Of a DNA stretch of 32,950 nt, positions 28,810-32,950 are shown in pieces; position 1 is the stretch's first letter, and each line of letters opens with the position of its first letter. Origin of the DNA: Opitutia bacterium (GTDB lineage Bacteria > Verrucomicrobiota > Verrucomicrobiia > Opitutales > UBA953); the NCBI GenBank assembly GCA_003485955.1, contig DNHH01000012.1, positions 483 through 33,432 on the forward strand, in the 5' to 3' direction. Position numbers and translations under genes: made by a program. The notes under the pieces were generated by a model that saw only the letters and a list, made by a program, of their open reading frames with translations, was not told where the DNA came from and searched no databases.

Positions 28810-29628
28810 ATGGTAAAGGACAATCATTCTCACTCCGCTGAGCACGTGCTTAACCTCCGTTTGCGCGTTTGGCGTCAACGTCGTGGGCAACCGGGTGCAT
28901 TTGAAGAGCATGCGCTTCAAGGAGTTTCCACATCAGCGTCTTTCTTGGAGATGATGGACATGCTTAATGAGAAGCTCGTGCGTGACGGCAAAGAGCCATT
29001 CGCATTTGACCACGACTGCCGTGAGGGCATTTGCGGAATGTGTTCCATGACCATCAACGGCATGCCCCATGGACCTTTACCTGGCGTGACCACCTGTCAG
29101 TTGCACATGCGGAATTTCCGCGATGGTGAAACAATCACGGTTGAGCCTTGGCGCGCGCGCGCCTTCCCGGTCTTGCGTGATCTAATGGTCGATCGATCTG
29201 GCTTCGATAAAGTCATCCAGTCTGGCGGATTTATCAGCATCCGTGCTGGTTCAGCTCCTGAAGCAAATGCTACGCCCGTGCCCAAGGATGTTTCCGATGC
29301 AGCCATGGATGCTGCGGAGTGTATCGGTTGTGGTGCGTGTGTTGCGTCATGCAAAAATGGCTCAGCGATGCTTTTCGTAGGAGCCAAAGTCACCCACTTG
29401 AATTTATTGCCTCAAGGTCAGCCAGAGCGGGATCGACGCGTGCTCGCCATGGTGCGGACGATGGACGATGCCGGTTTTGGTAATTGTACGAATCAAGGTG
29501 AATGCCAAGCGCACTGCCCCAAGGGTATTACCCTGGATGTCATTTCTCACTTAAACCGAGATTACCTCGGTGCACGCGTTAAGGCCTTCTTTTCTTCGAC
29601 CGGCAAAGTCCGTCGCGGCGGCGACTAA
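28810..29628 (+). CDS. sdhB: Succinate dehydrogenase / fumarate reductase iron-sulfur subunit
   Basis: 272 aa with three Cys clusters: [11 protein letters not shown] (2Fe-2S), [11 protein letters not shown] (4Fe-4S) and [12 protein letters not shown] (3Fe-4S). Confidence 0.95.
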   Translation: MVKDNHSHSAEHVLNLRLRVWRQRRGQPGAFEEHALQGVSTSASFLEMMDMLNEKLVRDGKEPFAFDHDCREGICGMCSMTINGMPHGPLPGVTTCQLHMRNFRDGETITVEPWRARAFPVLRDLMVDRSGFDKVIQSGGFISIRAGSAPEANATPVPKDVSDAAMDAAECIGCGACVASCKNGSAMLFVGAKVTHLNLLPQGQPERDRRVLAMVRTMDDAGFGNCTNQGECQAHCPKGITLDVISHLNRDYLGARVKAFFSSTGKVRRGGD

Positions 29629-29634
29629 TTTCAG

Positions 29635-30273
29635 TTAACTCAGTGTGCGTGCTAGGGCGGGGAAGAGCTTCGTAAGGCCGTCGGCCATAATCTCTACGCC
29701 CACAGCTGCAAGGACGAGGCCCATAATCCGTGTGAGTACATTGATACCCGTTTCGCCGAGGAAACGAGCGATGCGCCCAGCTCCTTTAAAAGCGGCAAAG
29801 GTCACGACGCCTCCAGCGATTCCGTAGCCCGCCAAAATAAGTGTATCTCCCACGCCTTTACTTTGTTGGGCGTAAATCACCATCGTCGAGATGGTCGCTG
29901 GTCCAGTTAAAAGCGGTATGGCGAGTGGACTCACCGCAACGCTGTCACCGACATCAACGCGTTGAGATGCCGCCGCAACGTCACGTGGGTTACTGTCTGC
30001 TGGTTCGGCATTTAACATCTGAATGGCGTTAATCAGCAACAGCATGCCGCCGCCAACCTGAAAAGATGCGATGGAGATGCCGAAGAATTCAAGAAGGCGT
30101 AAACCCGCGAGTGCGCTCAGTGCGATCACTGCAAATACGGTAAGTGAACTAACCCAAATCGTACGCTGGCGCTGAGCGGGATTAAGATTCCGCGTGAAGT
30201 GAATAAAAAAGGGAATCACTCCAATTGGATTTAAAACTGCAAGTAACGTGACGAGTTGCTTCAATGGGTCCAC
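29635..30273 (-). CDS. marC: MarC-family (UPF0056) integral membrane protein
   Basis: 212-aa six-TM ORF. N-terminus LLAVLNPIGVIPFFI and the GxxGxxxxTRxMGL-like C-terminal motif (GINVLTRIMGLVLAAVGVE) are typical of MarC/YhgN. Confidence 0.85.
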   Translation of the reverse strand: MDPLKQLVTLLAVLNPIGVIPFFIHFTRNLNPAQRQRTIWVSSLTVFAVIALSALAGLRLLEFFGISIASFQVGGGMLLLINAIQMLNAEPADSNPRDVAAASQRVDVGDSVAVSPLAIPLLTGPATISTMVIYAQQSKGVGDTLILAGYGIAGGVVTFAAFKGAGRIARFLGETGINVLTRIMGLVLAAVGVEIMADGLTKLFPALARTLS

Positions 30274-30328
30274 GGCCGAATCGTGTCACGGGTCGCCTGC
30301 CAGCCAAGGGAAAGGTTGACTTTTTTAG

Positions 30329-30349
30329 AAACGCAACTTTGTTGCGTTT
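30329..30349. promoter_or_regulatory. Perfect 9-3-9 inverted repeat abutting the start codon (candidate operator or translation-blocking hairpin)
   Basis: AAACGCAAC-TTT-GTTGCGTTT ends at the base before ATG 30350. TTGACT lies 8 nt upstream of the repeat. It sits in the 76-nt divergent region shared with marC. Confidence 0.5.
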
Positions 30350-31531
30350 ATGAATCTCCCCCTTTGCGCCTTTGCTGCACTCGCAATTACTGCTGCGAAG
30401 GCTGAAACGGGCCACGTCCATTCTGCGGACTGCGTTCATACTAACGATTGGGCAGCCTGTGCCGAGTTAGTGGTCTCTGGTTCACTCGGTGCAACTAGTG
30501 CTGGTGATGCCTATGAAGATCTTCTGGCCTCTGCTCACACAGACCCAATGCATGCAGGGCCTGCTTTCGGTGGAGCTGAACTTCTCGCTGCCTTCGGTCG
30601 ACCACTTTACCAAGGACACTTAAATATCCGCACCGTTTTCCATGTGCATCGTCACCCTGGCGAATCATCAGAGTCAGAGCTCGATGAATTATGTGCGGAA
30701 TGGTCACAAGGGTTGTTTCGACTGCAGGCAGGAATTTTCTATGCTCCGTTAGGCAGGACGAATACCATTCATGCACATGCATGGGATTTCGTTAATGCAC
30801 CACTTTTCTACGGGCGGTTCTTGGGTGAAAGTGGGCTTCGTAATCCTGGTATCCAGTTAGCTTGGGGTGATTCTGTTAAGGGTACGTCTTGGGCTGTGTC
30901 GGTGCAGCGTGCGACAGGTGATTCAGCTCACAGTTTTCGCTCTAGCCACGATGCTGCCGACTTTCTTGGTCGAGTACACAACGCCAACAGCGGAACTGGG
31001 CCGATAATTACTTTAAGGCACCAAAGGGCGTACCAATGGACTGAAGGGCGCTCACTTACTTCTGGTTTGTCCGCCACCCTTGGCGATAATGGAACGGGTG
31101 GGGGTACGCGTCTTGCAGCTTGGGATTTAGAATGGACGCAGAAACGTGAGGGCGGAGGCTATTATGGCATCCAAGCGGAGTTTTTCTGGCGACACTATGA
31201 TGCAAAGGCCGGGACCACTGTGGCAGCGCTGCCCGTCGCAGCTGATCGGATGCAAGATCTGGCAATTGCGGTATCAATCGCTTCGAGCTTATCGGAAAAC
31301 TGGTCAGCAGCTTTGCGCGTTGAGCGCGCGGTGCCGCTCGATCGGGCAAGTTATGAATTATCCAATCGCGATCCTGCGCGTGAAGCACGCACCCGTTTTT
31401 CTCCCATACTCAGTTGGAACCCCTCGAGTGCGTGGCAGATTCGTCTGCAATACGACAGAGACCAGTCCCCTGTCTTTGGCTCAGAAGACTCGCTTTGGCT
31501 AACAGCTCAGTGGTCAGTTGGAAATCACTGA
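30350..31531 (+). CDS. Hypothetical secreted / putative outer-membrane beta-barrel protein with a His/Cys-rich N-terminal segment
   Basis: 393 aa. Signal peptide MNLPLCAFAALAITAAKA. The mature N-terminus ETGHVHSADCVHTNDWAAC has clustered His and Cys residues. The rest has alternating aromatic/polar beta-strand-like segments (WAVSVQR, LAAWDLEWT, YYGIQAEFFWRHY, WQIRLQYDR, LWLTAQWSVG). No family is recognised with confidence. Confidence 0.6.
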   Translation: MNLPLCAFAALAITAAKAETGHVHSADCVHTNDWAACAELVVSGSLGATSAGDAYEDLLASAHTDPMHAGPAFGGAELLAAFGRPLYQGHLNIRTVFHVHRHPGESSESELDELCAEWSQGLFRLQAGIFYAPLGRTNTIHAHAWDFVNAPLFYGRFLGESGLRNPGIQLAWGDSVKGTSWAVSVQRATGDSAHSFRSSHDAADFLGRVHNANSGTGPIITLRHQRAYQWTEGRSLTSGLSATLGDNGTGGGTRLAAWDLEWTQKREGGGYYGIQAEFFWRHYDAKAGTTVAALPVAADRMQDLAIAVSIASSLSENWSAALRVERAVPLDRASYELSNRDPAREARTRFSPILSWNPSSAWQIRLQYDRDQSPVFGSEDSLWLTAQWSVGNH

Positions 31532-31534
31532 GAA

Positions 31535-32950
31535 TTAAGTCAGTCGCAATAGGCCAACGCTTTCTTCAAGCCCGCCTGGGCGCGCGCGCATCAGCCACGC
31601 AGCGCGGTAACGTTCGGCCAGGCGCCGCCGGGTCTCCTCCGGGGGCAGGCGTTGCCCGGCAGCGATCAGCGCCACCTTGGCGAGGTGGGTACCGACCGCG
31701 AGCTCCTCGCGCACGCGCGCGTCGCCGATTGCACGGATGCGCTCGTCGCACGCCTCGAGCCAGCCGAGCGAGTGTACCACGTCAGGCACGGGCAACCTGA
31801 GTCCTAGCTCGGCCCGGGTGGTATCGTCGCCGCAGAGCAATTCCCAGCTCAAGCTCTTGTTGCGGATTGCGACGGGGATGTGTTCGTCGAGCGTGCCCAT
31901 CGCCTCGAGCGCGACCGCCACCTCCGGTGCGTCGCCGCCGTTCTCAAGGAAGGGCAGCACCGCGAGCACTGGGTCGGGTGTGACATTGGTCGCACGGCAC
32001 CAGGCGAGCGCGGCCGCCTCGGCTAGCGGCAACCAGAAGGTCGGCCAGGGTTGGTGGTAGCCGTTGTCACCCCAGGCGGTCATCAGAATGCCGTCGGCAC
32101 CGTGGCGCAGTGCCGCATCCACGGCCTCGCGCACGTTCGCTCGGGCATTCGTTAATCTTCCGGTAAAGCTCTGCCATGTGCTCGTTCCAGGAGCGATCAG
32201 GTAGTCGCGTCCGAGCTCGGCGAGTCGGCCGCATTGTTCGTCAAATGGATGCCCGGCATCGTAACCCCAGACAACGGGCAGAGCCTCGGCCGGTGCTTCG
32301 CCTGCGAGCGCTAGATCTTCGAGCAGAATGTCTCCCCAGAATTGCATACGTTTTCCGCGGGCACGTACTAATTCGTGAATACGATTAAGGTGATCGAGGT
32401 AGACGCGATGTTTGCCGCGTTCAGCGACGGATGCTTTGCTGGCACCCTGGCCGAGTTCCCATGGCTCATCACCGCCGATATTGACTTGGTTGCTATGGAA
32501 GTGAGGTAAATAGGCATCCAGCAAGCCTGCGACAAATTCGAGTGAAGCCTTGTCGGGCTTGAGCGTCGAAGGGTGTGGCTTGAATTGTTGAGTGAGTGGA
32601 TGAATCCAACCCTCGGGGCATTCAGCGAGCTTGCGGTAAGGTTCATGCCTCAACCAGCGCTCCAGATGTCCAAAGGTATTTAAGTTCGGTACGAGTTCGA
32701 TACCGAGTTCCGCGCAACGCTTGCCGACAGCCGCTATATCTTCTGGGGTTAATGGAGATGCGTCTCGCCAAACAATTTCATGGCCGGGAAAGGCAAAACT
32801 ATGTTCGACGTAGAGCTGAAATTGATTGATGCGGAGCAGGCTCAAGCTCTCCACTAGCGCGAGCAGCTCAGAGAGTCGGGGGACTTTGCCGCGTGAGACG
32901 TCGAGCATGAACCCGCGAACTGGTAAATCCGGGTAATCGTAAATCTCAAG
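31535..32950 (-). CDS. Glycoside hydrolase family 20-like protein (beta-N-acetylhexosaminidase-like), 5' end outside the window
   Basis: The reading frame is open to the window edge. The edge reads LEIYDYPDLPVRGFMLDVSRG, the GH20 catalytic-domain entry motif DxP.xxxRGxMLDxxR. VNIGGDEPWE matches the GH20 catalytic GGDE pair. The track ATG at 32908 is internal. Confidence 0.8.
   Translation of the reverse strand, partial: LEIYDYPDLPVRGFMLDVSRGKVPRLSELLALVESLSLLRINQFQLYVEHSFAFPGHEIVWRDASPLTPEDIAAVGKRCAELGIELVPNLNTFGHLERWLRHEPYRKLAECPEGWIHPLTQQFKPHPSTLKPDKASLEFVAGLLDAYLPHFHSNQVNIGGDEPWELGQGASKASVAERGKHRVYLDHLNRIHELVRARGKRMQFWGDILLEDLALAGEAPAEALPVVWGYDAGHPFDEQCGRLAELGRDYLIAPGTSTWQSFTGRLTNARANVREAVDAALRHGADGILMTAWGDNGYHQPWPTFWLPLAEAAALAWCRATNVTPDPVLAVLPFLENGGDAPEVAVALEAMGTLDEHIPVAIRNKSLSWELLCGDDTTRAELGLRLPVPDVVHSLGWLEACDERIRAIGDARVREELAVGTHLAKVALIAAGQRLPPEETRRRLAERYRAAWLMRARPGGLEESVGLLRLT

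Noticed and set aside
31414-31800. 128-aa Arg/Pro/Ala-rich ORF on the + strand, plus the 61-aa ORF at 31566-31751.
   Set aside because: These are open frames created by the roughly 68% GC patch inside the GH20-like gene. They are extreme low-complexity sequence and overlap two supported genes.

Overview
This is a compact, almost fully coding chromosomal segment of roughly 53% GC by eye, with very short intergenic gaps. It looks like core genome of a diderm bacterium. The gene content suggests a PVC/Verrucomicrobia-like or Bacteroidota-like lineage, but I cannot confirm that without a search.

Gene order:
- PatB/MalY-type C-S lyase (+).
- thiH-rsmE (-).
- Polar amino-acid ABC transporter, made of an ATPase plus a fused binding-protein/permease (+).
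- gcvT-gcvH (-).
- PEGA/coiled-coil lipoprotein with a clean intrinsic terminator (-).
- tRNA-Thr(UGU) and tRNA-Gln(CUG) (+).
- folP (-).
- caa3-type cytochrome c oxidase operon: coxB (with a c-type haem domain), ctaD, ctaE, subunit IV and ctaG (+).
- LptF/G-family permease (-).
- Eight-gene MoxR-DUF58-DUF4381-BatA-BatB-BatC-BatD-BatE cluster (-).
- pyrG (-).
- Bacillus-type sdhCAB (+).
- marC (-).
- His/Cys-rich putative outer-membrane protein (+).
- GH20-like glycosidase, truncated at the right edge (-).

I see no CRISPR array, IS or transposase, integrase, phage genes or recognisable defence genes. I do not find a convincing, entirely new multi-gene system.

The items most worth a second look are:
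- The mechanistically unexplained Bat/MoxR-VWA operon, and a tail module shared between two of its membrane proteins.
- A canonical terminator hairpin inside the pyrG 5' leader, which may be an attenuator.
- A tandemly duplicated lipoprotein signal peptide at the start of coxB.
- A perfect 9-3-9 palindrome touching the start codon of the His/Cys-rich protein.
- A sharp GC3 jump inside the GH20-like gene.

All functional calls rest on motifs read by eye and remembered family signatures. No searches were run.
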